A stretch of DNA of 32,000 nucleotides, from the NCBI GenBank assembly GCA_963737185.1, contig CAVTRS010000010.1:240368-272367 (forward strand), in the 5' to 3' direction. Positions 1-10,031 of this stretch are shown piece by piece. Position numbers and translations under genes: made by a program. The stretch comes from an uncultured Acidobacteriota bacterium. GTDB lineage: Bacteria > Acidobacteriota > Terriglobia > Acidiferrales > UBA7541. The stretch's first letter is position 1. Every line of letters begins with the position of its first letter. Below the pieces are notes generated by a model, which was given only the letters and a program-made list of their open reading frames with translations, did no database searches and was not told the DNA's origin.

Positions 1-1
1 G

Positions 2-280
2 TGGACCGAGGACAAGGCGGAGGACAAGGGCGCTACGGCATGGCATGTCGCGGAGCCGGGCACCAAATGGTTCAGCCCGAGTGAATCGAGTTTCATGATC
101 AACTATCGAATCGACAACATGGACGAAATAATCGCTCAACTAAAAAGTGGCGGCATTCAGCTCTTGAAGGGCCCCGAATATCATGAAAACGGGACATTTG
201 CCTGGGTAATGGATCCCGAGGGAAACAAAATCGAATTGTGGGAACCAAAACTCTGGGACGATAAAAACAAGCGGCCCTAG
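2..280 (+). CDS. VOC (glyoxalase/bleomycin-resistance/dioxygenase fold) family protein, 5' end outside window
   Basis: The frame is open from the window edge (..WHVAEPGTKWFSPSESSFMINYRIDNMDEII..) to the stop at 278-280. The C-terminal 'GTFAWVMDPEGNKIELWEP' is typical of the last strand of VOC-fold proteins. Confidence 0.7.
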   Translation, partial: WTEDKAEDKGATAWHVAEPGTKWFSPSESSFMINYRIDNMDEIIAQLKSGGIQLLKGPEYHENGTFAWVMDPEGNKIELWEPKLWDDKNKRP

Positions 281-337
281 GTAGGGGAGGACTGTTGGCG
301 CAAAGATAGCGCGCAAGAATTGTTTTGGGGGAACGGG

Positions 338-359
338 GGAAAACGTCCCGTCTGTCCCC
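338..359. repeat. Solo half-copy of the 21-22 bp GC-rich repeat core (GGAAAACGTCCCGTCTGTCCCC)
   Basis: Exact reverse complement of the core GGGGACAGACGGGACGTTTTCC found at 7397, 8595 and 10032. It is intergenic. Confidence 0.85.
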
Positions 360-514
360 TGCCCTGGACCCTACGCCTACGGGAAATGGGGACAACCCTT
401 CGTAGCCTCCTGAATCTAAGCTACGTAACTTAGTCGAGAACCGGAGGGGTCCGCGGTTGGCGAGCTATTGGACACGTCACAGGACCCGCACTTAGTCAAG
501 AGGGAGGTGCCTGC

Positions 515-1606
515 ATGAAGGCACTCCGCCGTTGCATCTGGGTAAATATTTTTTGGGCCGCTGTGCTCGCGACGAATTTGTGCGCACAAACCTCTCCGCC
601 AGCCTCGAGCCGGTCCGGCCAAAGTCAAAACACTACAGTCCAGACAAGAGTGTCGACCAAAGCGCACGGGACGCAGCTACGAAATGACCCGGGCGGAACT
701 TATAGAAACTGGGCTGGAAAAGACGTGGCGCACATCATCACGGATATCGAGTGCAGCGCTTCCTTGACCCCTCAACCAGACGAAAGCCACGAGACCCTTA
801 CCGGGCAATCCTGGCTCCAACCCAACCCCACTCCTGGCACTACTATGCACGAATGCGAGGAAGAACATCACCGCCGGTTCGCCTACGCCAACGAACATTT
901 TGCATCCAAGGTACCGGGTTGGATGACCGATCGCGGCCGTATCTACATTATCTGGGGCAAACCGGACTCCGTCGAGACCCATCCGAACGGCGACTCTTGC
1001 GAGCACATTCCTCATAACTGCAAAGCCCTAACCTTCCCGTACGAAGACTGGCATTACAGACACCTGGACGGCCTCCACTTGGATGGCTTCGGAAGTAACA
1101 TCAATAATGTTGTCTTAGAATTCGTGGACAGTGACGGCTCCAACCAGTATCGCCTGGAGACGGACCCGGATGCAGAAAAAGCAGTGTTCCGTCAGTCACC
1201 TTTGGATCCCTCGTGGCAAGTCTCCACAGTGTGTGACGAATGGGAAAGAGATTGGAAGACAAGGAATTTCCAAGGCCTCCGCGAACTTTATGCCAAAGAA
1301 GCCGATTTCCTTCCCGCTGAGGGGCCACGCATCACAGGTCAAGATGCCATTGAGGACTATCTCAAGCAAGTCGTCGATTCGACCGTCGGAGACCGTTTGC
1401 TTGTGGGTACAGGCACCGACGCTTCGCGTAACTTGGGTTATGTCACCGGCGGCGTTCAGTTCGTTATTCGGGGCACCTCCACGCCAGTGAGGGGCTATTA
1501 CCTAATGGTTCTGAGGCAAGATTCAGAAGGCAAATGGCTCATTGTGTACCAAGCCTTGACCGAACTTTCTTCTCCTTGGGCTCAGGGCGGCTTCAGACGG
1601 CCTTAA
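515..1606 (+). CDS. GWxTD domain protein with C-terminal DUF4440/SnoaL-like (NTF2-fold) domain, secreted
   Basis: Shine-Dalgarno GAGGGAGG lies 7 nt upstream of the ATG. There is an N-terminal signal-like hydrophobic segment. The motif 'KVPGWMTDRGRIYIIWGKPDSVETHP' matches the GWxTD signature. The C-terminus 'WERDWKTRNFQGLRELYAKEADFLPAEGPRITGQDAIEDYL' resembles DUF4440/SnoaL. Confidence 0.75.
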   Translation: MKALRRCIWVNIFWAAVLATNLCAQTSPPASSRSGQSQNTTVQTRVSTKAHGTQLRNDPGGTYRNWAGKDVAHIITDIECSASLTPQPDESHETLTGQSWLQPNPTPGTTMHECEEEHHRRFAYANEHFASKVPGWMTDRGRIYIIWGKPDSVETHPNGDSCEHIPHNCKALTFPYEDWHYRHLDGLHLDGFGSNINNVVLEFVDSDGSNQYRLETDPDAEKAVFRQSPLDPSWQVSTVCDEWERDWKTRNFQGLRELYAKEADFLPAEGPRITGQDAIEDYLKQVVDSTVGDRLLVGTGTDASRNLGYVTGGVQFVIRGTSTPVRGYYLMVLRQDSEGKWLIVYQALTELSSPWAQGGFRRP

Positions 1607-1748
1607 ATTTCATCGGTAGTTCCCCACTCAGTGCGTTTGCCGCTCGCGCTGGTCTCGGTATTCGCGATGATGTTGGCGGAGACCACTCGAGCAGCGCTCA
1701 CCCGTGCGGACCCAGCCATCGAGTTCTAAGCCTGCTCGTGCCAGATCG

Positions 1749-3155
1749 TCAGTTGCCGGCAATCAGCGCGCGGAGCGTGGACCAATCGATCGACTGAATC
1801 GCTTTCTGCGCAAGCTCGCGGCTGCACCGGAAAGTCATCACGACAGTTTGCGTGAAAAGTCGCGGAGCGGAGGGATTCATGGCGGCCTTGATCGAAACTT
1901 TTGACGTGTCCGCCTCACCCTTCGTGGCGCTCGCCTGGCCCCACGGCCCCAGAAGCACATACGTCACGATCTCTCCCTCGGCCCCTCCGGTGGGAGGCTG
2001 CGCAGCAGGCAGAAAGAGCACGGTTCCACCACCCGGCAGGGGCGTTGCGTCAAACGCGCCGTGGAAATTTAGCGCGCTTATCCCAGCGGAGTTGATCAAC
2101 GCGCTGACATCCATCTGTGTATTCAACCTAAAATCGGCAAATGCAGTGTTGGGCTTGAGTTCCTTCTGCGCTGCCTGAGCCTCGGCATACTTCCCTTGCT
2201 TCAACAACTCCATCACGTGTGTCATGCCGGGGTCGGGAGCCTCAGAAGCAGCTTTCAAACGCTGGTACTCCGGGTCGCTCGTATTCATCACCAGTTGGAA
2301 AGTGAAAAGCCCAAATGTGAAGGGATTCTTTTCCGATCCGCGCGACATCGAGGTGAGCGGCCCCGGACTCGGACTTTTTGTAAGCCGCCATTGCGCGCCT
2401 TCAAACGCGGACATCATTGGCGCAAAAGCCTTATTCATTTCCGCGCGCACATGGTCGTCGTACTTCACCTCGCAGTCTGAGGGAGCACGATTTTCAGCCT
2501 GGTTCAGCCAGTCGTGAATCACAGGATCGCAGTTGACGTAATTGCCCGCCGATTTGTCTGGTGGCGCGGCAGGCCGATGCAAGCTAATCACGCCATTCAC
2601 CTTCACGCGTTCCCCTTCGTGCGTCAGCGTGCCGGAGAAGTTGGCCTCGAAGTTCAGCGGATCCATTTTCGTCACCGTGACGGTGATGGCGTCATCTTTA
2701 TCGAACATGTACATCGCCGATCTCTGCGCCGAACCCAGCATGACTCCAAACCACAGGTCCGTCTTATGCCCCGTACCCTTGCTGTTCTCGTGATTGATCA
2801 CAAATGTCGTCTGCTTCCCGTTTAGCTCAAGGTCGATGCGCCCCTCTTTGGTCGCCGGTGCGTCGGCCAGAAAAAAAGCCGCGTGGGCGTCCGTCGGCGT
2901 CACATACCAATCGCCCTTGTTTTCAAAGTTATTCATGAACGGCAACTGAATCGTCCTGGTGCCGCCGGCGGCCAGGCCGGAGATGGTGATGCTGCTGTTG
3001 CTCACAACAGGGGGCCGCGCGGCGGAGAGCCTTGCGGCTGCTTGCCGCCCCGCCGCGTGACCAGCGATTGCGCAAAGTGCAAGAAGGGTGAGAGCAGCGC
3101 ACGCCATCGCGCTTCGCAGGTCGAACCTCGAGTGTGTAGAATCCAAGTTTTCCAT
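1749..3155 (-). CDS. Hypothetical secreted protein (signal peptide, no recognised domain)
   Basis: 468-aa ORF with an N-terminal 'MACAALTLLALCAIAGHAAG' signal-like segment. The start could be Met17 at 3107. The antisense ORFs over it look like high-GC artefacts. Confidence 0.6.
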   Translation of the reverse strand: MENLDSTHSRFDLRSAMACAALTLLALCAIAGHAAGRQAAARLSAARPPVVSNSSITISGLAAGGTRTIQLPFMNNFENKGDWYVTPTDAHAAFFLADAPATKEGRIDLELNGKQTTFVINHENSKGTGHKTDLWFGVMLGSAQRSAMYMFDKDDAITVTVTKMDPLNFEANFSGTLTHEGERVKVNGVISLHRPAAPPDKSAGNYVNCDPVIHDWLNQAENRAPSDCEVKYDDHVRAEMNKAFAPMMSAFEGAQWRLTKSPSPGPLTSMSRGSEKNPFTFGLFTFQLVMNTSDPEYQRLKAASEAPDPGMTHVMELLKQGKYAEAQAAQKELKPNTAFADFRLNTQMDVSALINSAGISALNFHGAFDATPLPGGGTVLFLPAAQPPTGGAEGEIVTYVLLGPWGQASATKGEADTSKVSIKAAMNPSAPRLFTQTVVMTFRCSRELAQKAIQSIDWSTLRALIAGN

Positions 3156-3471
3156 TTGGCCTCCGCGCGGGCGGTAATTTATATCTGACTGTTTTCATTT
3201 TTCAAGGGCAGGCAGGTTGGCCCTTGCTCTTATCTAGGGGCACCCACTTCTCCGCATCCCAATGCACCGATGGATTTCACTAATAGTGTTCTCCTTTCGT
3301 GAGGGATAGTCAGAATAAAGAACGCATCAGGCCGCCCCCGTCTGCCGAGAATCGAATCGCCCATCCCGGACATCTATTTCTTAGGACGGCCGCGACTTGG
3401 ACCGAAGCAAGGAATGCAAGGCGCAAAAATGCGTTCGCGAGGAAACGTCCGCTAAAAAAGGGGATCTGAAA

Positions 3472-4215
3472 ATGGCTACTAATTCTTTGACCGCTCTTAT
3501 TACAGGGGGAACGAGTGGGATTGGCCGCGCGACGGCTAGTAAATTGGCCCAGCTCGGCATCCACGTGTTGGTCGTGGGCCGCAGTTTGGAGCGCGGCAAC
3601 AAAACGGTTGCCGAAATTCGCGCAGCAGGAGGTAAAGCGGATTTTATTTCGTCCGACCTTCACGACGTGTCGAGCGCGCGCGAAGTGGCGAAAAAAGCAG
3701 TCGAGCTTGGAAACGGCCATGTCGATATTCTGGTCAACAACGCGGGAATCTTCCCGTTCGGGCCCACGGATAAAGCGACAGAGGGAGAGTTTGAAAAGGT
3801 GTTTTCGCTCAACGTCAGGGCGCCGTACTTCCTTGTCGCGGAGCTTGCTCCCCTGATGGCGAAGAGGGGCAAAGGCGCAATCGTCAATGTATCTACTATG
3901 GTTGCCGATTTCGGAATGGCTGGCATGAGTCTCTATGGCTCGAGCAAGGCAGCCATCAATCTACTGACGAAATCATGGGCGGCTGAATATGGCCCGCGCG
4001 GCGTCCGTGTGAATACAGTCAGTCCCGGACCCACTCGAACGGAGGGCACGGAAGTGATGGGAGAAGGTCTTGGCCAACTCGCCGCGCAGGCGCCCGCGGG
4101 CCGTCCGGCTGACGCGAACGAAATCGCCGAGGCGATTGTCTTCCTGGCGACGGATCGTTCCAGTTTCATTTACGGCGCGAATCTCGCCGTCGACGGCGGC
4201 CGCACCGCGGTTTGA
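3472..4215 (+). CDS. SDR family oxidoreductase (short-chain dehydrogenase/reductase)
   Basis: Contains the Rossmann motif 'TGGTSGIGRATA', an 'NNAG' motif, the catalytic 'YGSSKAA' (YxxxK) and 'PGPTRT'. The start is placed at the ATG at 3472 (MATNSLTALITGG) rather than the upstream ORF start. Confidence 0.9.
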   Translation: MATNSLTALITGGTSGIGRATASKLAQLGIHVLVVGRSLERGNKTVAEIRAAGGKADFISSDLHDVSSAREVAKKAVELGNGHVDILVNNAGIFPFGPTDKATEGEFEKVFSLNVRAPYFLVAELAPLMAKRGKGAIVNVSTMVADFGMAGMSLYGSSKAAINLLTKSWAAEYGPRGVRVNTVSPGPTRTEGTEVMGEGLGQLAAQAPAGRPADANEIAEAIVFLATDRSSFIYGANLAVDGGRTAV

Positions 4216-4242
4216 TTTGCGGGTGGGCCAGCCTTTGAAAGG

Positions 4243-4737
4243 ATGGACAGTCCTCGTTCGCAACCCTCGGTGATATCATCCGCATTCGTGAACAAAAGAA
4301 TCTCAGGAAGTGCGGGCCCGCCCGCCACAATCGCGCGCCGACAATTCCACCGCGTCATCTTCGTAGCAGCTGGCCTTTACAACATCATGTGGGGTCTGTA
4401 CGCGGTCATCGATCCGCAGTGGCTGTTCCGTTTTGCGAAGATGCCGCAAGCGAACTATCCCCAGGTTTTTGCCTGCCTCGGCATGGTCGTAGGATTGTAC
4501 GGCGTCCTCTATCTTGAAGTGGCGCGCGCGCCCGAAAGAGGCTGGCTGATAGCAGCGGTCGGACTCACGGGAAAGGTCTTGGGTCCCATCGGCCTCGCGC
4601 ACCTGATCTGGAGCGGGACCTGGCCAGCTCGCACGGCGATTCTCTGTGTGACCAACGACCTGATCTGGTGGATTCCCTTCACCCTCTATCTATACGATGC
4701 CTGGCCCGCCTTCCGGAAGAAATCGCAGGCGGCGTAG
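4243..4737 (+). CDS. Hypothetical integral membrane protein
   Basis: 164-aa ORF with about four hydrophobic helices (FVAAGLYNIMWGLYAVI, FACLGMVVGLYGVLYL, WLIAAVGLTGKVLGPIGL, LIWWIPFTLYLY). Confidence 0.55.
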   Translation: MDSPRSQPSVISSAFVNKRISGSAGPPATIARRQFHRVIFVAAGLYNIMWGLYAVIDPQWLFRFAKMPQANYPQVFACLGMVVGLYGVLYLEVARAPERGWLIAAVGLTGKVLGPIGLAHLIWSGTWPARTAILCVTNDLIWWIPFTLYLYDAWPAFRKKSQAA

Positions 4738-4892
4738 AGTTGGGTGGCGCACGTCTGTCCCGTGCCCCAATGAAGGAACCGTCGAGGGCGAGGATGATCT
4801 CGCATGGCTGGGCGTTCTTGGCATACTCAATGCATGCGATAGACGTCCCGCATGGCGGAATAAGATAAAGGCCGCTCGCTAACGAATCTTAT

Positions 4893-5486
4893 ATGCTAGA
4901 AATCAGTAAAATCTTCGCTTCACTGCTCGCGGGCATCAGCGCCACGCATGTCGTACAGGGCATTATTATCGGCGGCGTGCTGGCGTTCATCACGGCTCAA
5001 CTTCTCGGGCGCACCAAAATCAAGAAAGTCAACGGCTGGCTCACCATGTACGGGTTCGGCGTGCCGGGCAACGGCATGTTGCTGCGGGCCGCGAGCTACC
5101 AAATATTTCCTGGCCCCGTAAATGTGCCGCAAGAGGCGATGTATTGGACGACCAGCGTAAATGGAGCGGGCAACTACGTAATGCACTTTCCGCCGGGCGG
5201 TCTTCCGCCCAACAATGGATTCTGGTCGCTGACTATGAGTGATGCGAACAATGACTTTGTGGCGAATCCGATCAATCGGTATGTTGTGACCGATCGCTCA
5301 CAGCTCGCGCAAAATCCCGATGGCTCGATCGATATTTATCTCCAGAGCGCCGCTCCGGCGGGCCATGAATCCAACTGGCTGCCGGCGCCCGCGGGCAAAT
5401 TCATACTCTGGCTGCGCGTGTATGTACCCGGTGCGGCTATTCTCGATGGCTCATATCAAGTTCCGCCGGTCATAAAAGTGAAATGA
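4893..5486 (+). CDS. DUF1214 domain protein with N-terminal TM anchor
   Basis: 'NGFWSLTMSDANNDFVANPINRYVVTDRS...DGSIDIYLQSAAPAGHESNWLPAPAGKFILWLRVYVPG' matches the DUF1214 pattern (FWS.T.Y..., NRY, NWLP, R.Y.P). Confidence 0.8.
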   Translation: MLEISKIFASLLAGISATHVVQGIIIGGVLAFITAQLLGRTKIKKVNGWLTMYGFGVPGNGMLLRAASYQIFPGPVNVPQEAMYWTTSVNGAGNYVMHFPPGGLPPNNGFWSLTMSDANNDFVANPINRYVVTDRSQLAQNPDGSIDIYLQSAAPAGHESNWLPAPAGKFILWLRVYVPGAAILDGSYQVPPVIKVK

Positions 5487-5487
5487 T

Positions 5488-6168
5488 ATGAACAGGCTTA
5501 TTCTGAAATACAAATATTTCGTTACGCTCGCCATACTGGCAATCCTCGCATGGGCCGTTTACAAGCAGCTCTCTGCGGGGAGAGGCTTCATTACGGAAGC
5601 CGCGGTGGCGATCATCGTTTGGACGCTCGGCACGTTCGCTTTCATCTACTTCTGGCCGCGCATCGTTTTGCGCGGGTACAAGCGGGCGGCTCTCGTGAAG
5701 GGTTTCGGCGACGGTCCCATTCCGGTCAATACGCTCTACACGCAGCCCCAAGCGCTCTTTGCAGATCCCCTGCATGTATCGTTGCCGCCCGGAAGCTCAC
5801 AATTGATGAGTTATGGCACAAACCGCGACACGCTCTATACCGTCGGCGTCCTCGATCTCTCTAAAGGGCCCCAGGTTCTCCACGTGCCGGACATGGCCGA
5901 TCGGTACTACGCCGTGCAGTTTACCGACCCTTCGGACGGCACTATTTTTGCCTACGTTGGGAAACGCACCACGGGGACCAAAGCCGGTAGCTATCCCATC
6001 ACCGGTCCCGGCTGGAAAGGAACCGCGCCCCAGGGCGCGAAGCAAATATCTTCGCCGAACAATAGCGTGCTCGTGATCGGTCGTGTTTTCGTCGAGAATG
6101 ACAGCGACATTCCGGCTGCCTACGGGCTCGCAAAACAAATTCAGCTCACACCGCTGAGCCAGTCGTAA
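5488..6168 (+). CDS. DUF1254 domain protein with N-terminal TM anchor
   Basis: 'LDLSKGPQVLHVPDMADRYYAVQFTDPSDGTIFAYVGKRTTGTKAGSYPITGPGWKG' matches the DUF1254 pattern. Its start is 1 nt after the stop of the DUF1214 gene. Confidence 0.8.
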   Translation: MNRLILKYKYFVTLAILAILAWAVYKQLSAGRGFITEAAVAIIVWTLGTFAFIYFWPRIVLRGYKRAALVKGFGDGPIPVNTLYTQPQALFADPLHVSLPPGSSQLMSYGTNRDTLYTVGVLDLSKGPQVLHVPDMADRYYAVQFTDPSDGTIFAYVGKRTTGTKAGSYPITGPGWKGTAPQGAKQISSPNNSVLVIGRVFVENDSDIPAAYGLAKQIQLTPLSQS

Positions 6169-6202
6169 CCCGGACAATAACTGCTTGCCTTTAACAGTGG
6201 AA

Positions 6203-6649
6203 TTATTTCGTCAGCTTGCCTTTTTCATTCTGAGCTGCAAGCCCATAATGGATTGCCGCTTCCAGCGTATCGACGTTTATGTCCTTTAGAGCTTTAAACC
6301 GAATGCAATATCCGGTCACGCTCGCCTTGCCCAGCTTTTTTCCATACGTTTTGGCCAGGTACTTCTTATCTTTAAGACCAAGAATATAGACGGAGATTCC
6401 GGTTTTGTTTCCGCTCACACCAATTTGAAAAGACTCCCTGCTTTTTCCATCGGCATATTTTATTGTGTAAGATCCATATCCAATCGTAGGGTTGGAAACA
6501 GTATGACCTTTGCTGTCTTTACCATCGGAGAACCATAATTTGCATTCCGGTGACGCTTGAAGCGTGAGCCGATGCAACTCTCGCATGTCGCTGCGTTTTG
6601 GCTCCGGTTGGCTGGCAATATACTTCCTGATTTGTTCTTGTACGTTCAT
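6203..6649 (-). CDS. DUF1801 (YdhG-like) domain protein
   Basis: 148 aa. 'IRKYIASQPEPKRSDMRELHRLTLQASPECKLWF...TIGYGSYTIKYADGKS...ISVYI...GYCIRFKALKDINVDTLEAAI' is typical of DUF1801. Confidence 0.7.
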   Translation of the reverse strand: MNVQEQIRKYIASQPEPKRSDMRELHRLTLQASPECKLWFSDGKDSKGHTVSNPTIGYGSYTIKYADGKSRESFQIGVSGNKTGISVYILGLKDKKYLAKTYGKKLGKASVTGYCIRFKALKDINVDTLEAAIHYGLAAQNEKGKLTK

Positions 6650-6843
6650 ATGTTCCGCTCCCCGGTTGCGCGCTGGAGATTGTACGACGTCTAGTCCTTT
6701 TGAATCGCTCCCATTCTCTGTCGCACGGGATATTAGAGGTTTTGTGCCACTCGACCGCGAGGGCGCCCCGCAAGCCGTTTTCGCACTCCGCTGGTGTTAG
6801 AATCCAGCCGTTTCTTCGTTTCGCGAATTGAGGCTCGGCGAAA

Positions 6844-7380
6844 ATGTCGCAAGCGCGAACCAGGCCAATCGGAGTGATTGTCATCGCGGTCTGGGGATTT
6901 CTCTCTGCCGGATGGGTTGCGCTCTCGTACATACACTATGGGGGGTACGACCCCACCATGACGCCGAACTACGTTTGGCCTCCCCTTTCATCCCCTCCCC
7001 TTATTTACGAAGCGTCAGCGTGTCTTACTCTTTTGGCCGGCATCGGGCTGATCACGTTAAAGTCTTGGGGACGCATTCTCGAAATAATTGTGGCTGTGGG
7101 CAGCACGGTTCGCCAATTCATTCCATTTGGCTATATCTTGCAATTTGTGCCCGGTCTGACGTTTAGCTATCTGCACATTTCCGGCGAACCTCATCACATC
7201 CGAAACTTCGAGGACTTTGGTGGTGTGCCGGTTGGTGGATACTACGGCGGCATAATGGGCTTCACCTTTTCGTTTTGGGTCGTCCGGGCGGTTCAGTTTG
7301 TTTTCTACCTTTGGGCTCTTTGGTATCTGTTCACGCCGCGAGTGAAGCAGGAGTTTCGTAAAACGAAGGTAGCGCCATAA
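6844..7380 (+). CDS. Hypothetical integral membrane protein
   Basis: 178-aa ORF with several hydrophobic helices (IGVIVIAVWGFLSAGWVAL, ACLTLLAGIGLITL, FVFYLWALWYLF). Confidence 0.55.
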   Translation: MSQARTRPIGVIVIAVWGFLSAGWVALSYIHYGGYDPTMTPNYVWPPLSSPPLIYEASACLTLLAGIGLITLKSWGRILEIIVAVGSTVRQFIPFGYILQFVPGLTFSYLHISGEPHHIRNFEDFGGVPVGGYYGGIMGFTFSFWVVRAVQFVFYLWALWYLFTPRVKQEFRKTKVAP

Positions 7381-7396
7381 GCTTTGGAAAATTAGT

Positions 7397-7470
7397 GGGG
7401 ACAGACGGGACGTTTTCCATTTTTGAGGATCGGGGGATATCAGGAAACGTCCCGTCTGTCCCCGGTTTCC
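7397..7470. repeat. 74-bp REP/MITE-like hairpin element (full copy 1)
   Basis: Left arm GGGGACAGACGGGACGTTTTCC (7397-7418) and right arm GGAAACGTCCCGTCTGTCCCC (7443-7463) form a ~21-bp inverted repeat around a 24-nt loop. It sits between convergent genes. Confidence 0.9.
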
Positions 7471-7566
7471 TGAGTCTGAAATATCCGGGCCAGCGGACGC
7501 TTCAATTTTGTTCATGAGCCCATCTGGAGACGAGTTCCTGTACGGAGCCATTTGGGGGGCAGTCAA

Positions 7567-8448
7567 TTACCGGTTTCTCGAAGGCAATTGACCCACTGGA
7601 ATCAACCTTTTGTGACCAAATAAATCGTACTCGGCGCGCGTCAACATTCTGAGGCCGATGACATATTGGGCAGGGCGTGGAGGCGGTTCATAAATCAAAA
7701 CCAACTTCCATTTAGAACTGATCTGGCTGAACAGTTGTAGGAAAAATTCCCGGGCGGGAGCGACGCCAGGGCCGCCCATAGTGATATGTCCTCCAGCCAC
7801 AAGGTTCGATGGACCGAATGCTACTCCACCGGTGTGGACGCCAGTCTTAACTGAAAGAGCGTTCATGATGGCGTTAATCGTTTCGCCGAACCCACGAGTA
7901 GCCGAAGGAATCGATATGGGCGTATCTAAAATGGGGCTCACAGGTACCTCAACTCCGTTATCGTCGTGGGTTCCATCTCCCACGACGTCAAAACTACCAT
8001 CTGATAACAACCGAACAACAAAATGGCCTGGATTCCTGCTCAGATTATAATCCGAAACAATTTTTCGCAGCACGAGCTCTTCTTGGTCCCGTGACTGCAA
8101 TGTATTCGGCCCTTCCGAATAAGTGCTCTCGAATGGTCCTCCGGCCGGTCCTGGTAGAATCATTGCATCGGGATGTGCCGCTCGATAATTCGGATTCGTG
8201 AGGTCAATTAGATCGTATTTTCCTCCATACGGTGGATCTTCGTAATGTACATCCCATCCGTATTCCTCACTAACTGCGGTTATGGCACGTTCCAGAGGTC
8301 TGGCGTGGTCGGATCTTACGGTGGCCGTGCCGCCGTTGTGTTTGACGATTCCTTCCGGCATGTATGCATGCGGCTCGAGAATTCCCTGGGAGAATAGCCC
8401 GCCGGAAAGGACGGAAACAGCTAGGATGATGATTAAGATCTTACTCAC
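7567..8448 (-). CDS. Hypothetical secreted protein
   Basis: 293-aa ORF with signal peptide 'MSKILIIILAVSVLSGGLFSQ'. No recognised domain. Confidence 0.6.
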   Translation of the reverse strand: MSKILIIILAVSVLSGGLFSQGILEPHAYMPEGIVKHNGGTATVRSDHARPLERAITAVSEEYGWDVHYEDPPYGGKYDLIDLTNPNYRAAHPDAMILPGPAGGPFESTYSEGPNTLQSRDQEELVLRKIVSDYNLSRNPGHFVVRLLSDGSFDVVGDGTHDDNGVEVPVSPILDTPISIPSATRGFGETINAIMNALSVKTGVHTGGVAFGPSNLVAGGHITMGGPGVAPAREFFLQLFSQISSKWKLVLIYEPPPRPAQYVIGLRMLTRAEYDLFGHKRLIPVGQLPSRNR

Positions 8449-8594
8449 CCTTTTTCTCCTTTCAATGCATGGAAATCTTCATATAATTGAGTATTGTTGT
8501 TTCAATAAGTTTCTGTCTCACAACTATAGTTAGCATAGTCGTCGTCATAGTGACAATTGTACATTGTCCTTGTATAGGTGGGGATCGGGGGATC

Positions 8595-8668
8595 GGGGAC
8601 AGACGGGACGTTTTCCATTTTTGAGGATCGGGGCATATCAGGAAACGTCCCGTCTGTCCCCGGTTTCC
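8595..8668. repeat. 74-bp REP/MITE-like hairpin element (full copy 2)
   Basis: Identical to 7397-7470 except for one base in the loop (GGGGGATAT versus GGGGCATAT). Same orientation. Confidence 0.9.
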
Positions 8669-8728
8669 GAAAGAATCCCGAATCTATCCCACGCTGGACG
8701 TCAGAGATGGTGGCCCACTCACCGCAAA

Positions 8729-10003
8729 TCATTTGGACACTGTCGTTGGGTACATAAATTTTTCAAAGGCTAGGACATCGTCGAACGAACTTGAAGTTAT
8801 TTCCGTGTACCAAATTCCAGAATCCATGCGAATGACGGCGGGAACGTAGATGTGCGGGTCATTTAGGCCGCGCCTGTGCGGCTCGGTAGGCACGAAGAGC
8901 AACGCTTCGATCCGCTCACACGATTGCGGGCCCTTGGAGCCAGCGACGTGCTCGCGCTTAATTATTCTTGCATCCTGGAGCCTGCGCCGCAGGTAGTTTG
9001 ATGCAAAATCCGGGGCGATCAGATTCCAACGGACCATGGATATCTCCGCTCCGTCTGAAGCCCTCCATTGCAGCGGACCTCCCTGGACGGGTTGTGGCAG
9101 GTTGTTCTGATTCTTGAGGGTTATGACCTTTCCGTCATCGTCCATCATGAATGCGAGCGCGAGCACCCCATTAAATTTGAATGTTAACGGCGGCTGTGGT
9201 GTTCCTCCTCCGCAGTGAGGGCCAAGCGGCGGCACTGCCATCGCATCGCTGGTCGCCTTCAACAATTGAGCTTCGTCCATGGCTTCAAGGTCCGGGAAGT
9301 ATGCCCCCTTAGTGAGAGGGAACGATCTGGCTTCCGAGAAACTAAAACTATTCTCGGCTGTGGCTATGTACGCGCCAGTCTCTGGAATGAATTCTAGGAA
9401 TAGCAAATATTCATCTCCTGGCTTAAAGTCCTGAAAGTTTTTCTCGGTGGCATATACCGTTCGTTCGCCAATTTTTAGAACCCCTCCGGGCCGCACCACG
9501 ATGATCGAGTCCCCCGCCTGAACGGAGGCCTTGGAATTGTCCTTGAAGACTTGCTCCACCAAGAATCCCCAATCCGAATAAAGGAAGTATTGTCCTGAGG
9601 TCATGTGCGACGTGGCTGTGCCCGCCCTCCCCAAAACGACCAAATCAGCCTGGCACGTCTTCGCTCTCAACCTATATGGCGGATATCCGGCGTAGGTCCC
9701 CTCACCCAATTCCGTAATATGACTTCCGGTGACGTAAAGGTCGCCGCTCGTCTTCGCTAACTGCTGGGGTATCGTCTCAATTGAAGTATCGACGTGCGCC
9801 ACACGCTTGCTATGGATTGCCGCTATTTGGTCGGGCGTGAGGACAGGCGTGCCCTGGCTTTGGCTCACAAGACGAGCTGCCGCAATTGTTATTCCAATGG
9901 CTCCGAGGATGAACGCCGAGACAATAACTGGGCGGGTGACCCGCCGACTGACCCTTCCGTTATTTCGAGAGAGCCTCACAATCGAAAGATACCATTGCTG
10001 CAA
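8729..10003 (-). CDS. Hypothetical membrane-anchored/secreted protein
   Basis: 424-aa ORF with an N-terminal TM segment 'VIVSAFILGAIGITIAAARLV'. No recognised domain. Confidence 0.6.
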   Translation of the reverse strand: MQQWYLSIVRLSRNNGRVSRRVTRPVIVSAFILGAIGITIAAARLVSQSQGTPVLTPDQIAAIHSKRVAHVDTSIETIPQQLAKTSGDLYVTGSHITELGEGTYAGYPPYRLRAKTCQADLVVLGRAGTATSHMTSGQYFLYSDWGFLVEQVFKDNSKASVQAGDSIIVVRPGGVLKIGERTVYATEKNFQDFKPGDEYLLFLEFIPETGAYIATAENSFSFSEARSFPLTKGAYFPDLEAMDEAQLLKATSDAMAVPPLGPHCGGGTPQPPLTFKFNGVLALAFMMDDDGKVITLKNQNNLPQPVQGGPLQWRASDGAEISMVRWNLIAPDFASNYLRRRLQDARIIKREHVAGSKGPQSCERIEALLFVPTEPHRRGLNDPHIYVPAVIRMDSGIWYTEITSSSFDDVLAFEKFMYPTTVSK

Positions 10004-10031
10004 CTCACCGGAGCGTTAAAGTTTGGGGGAC

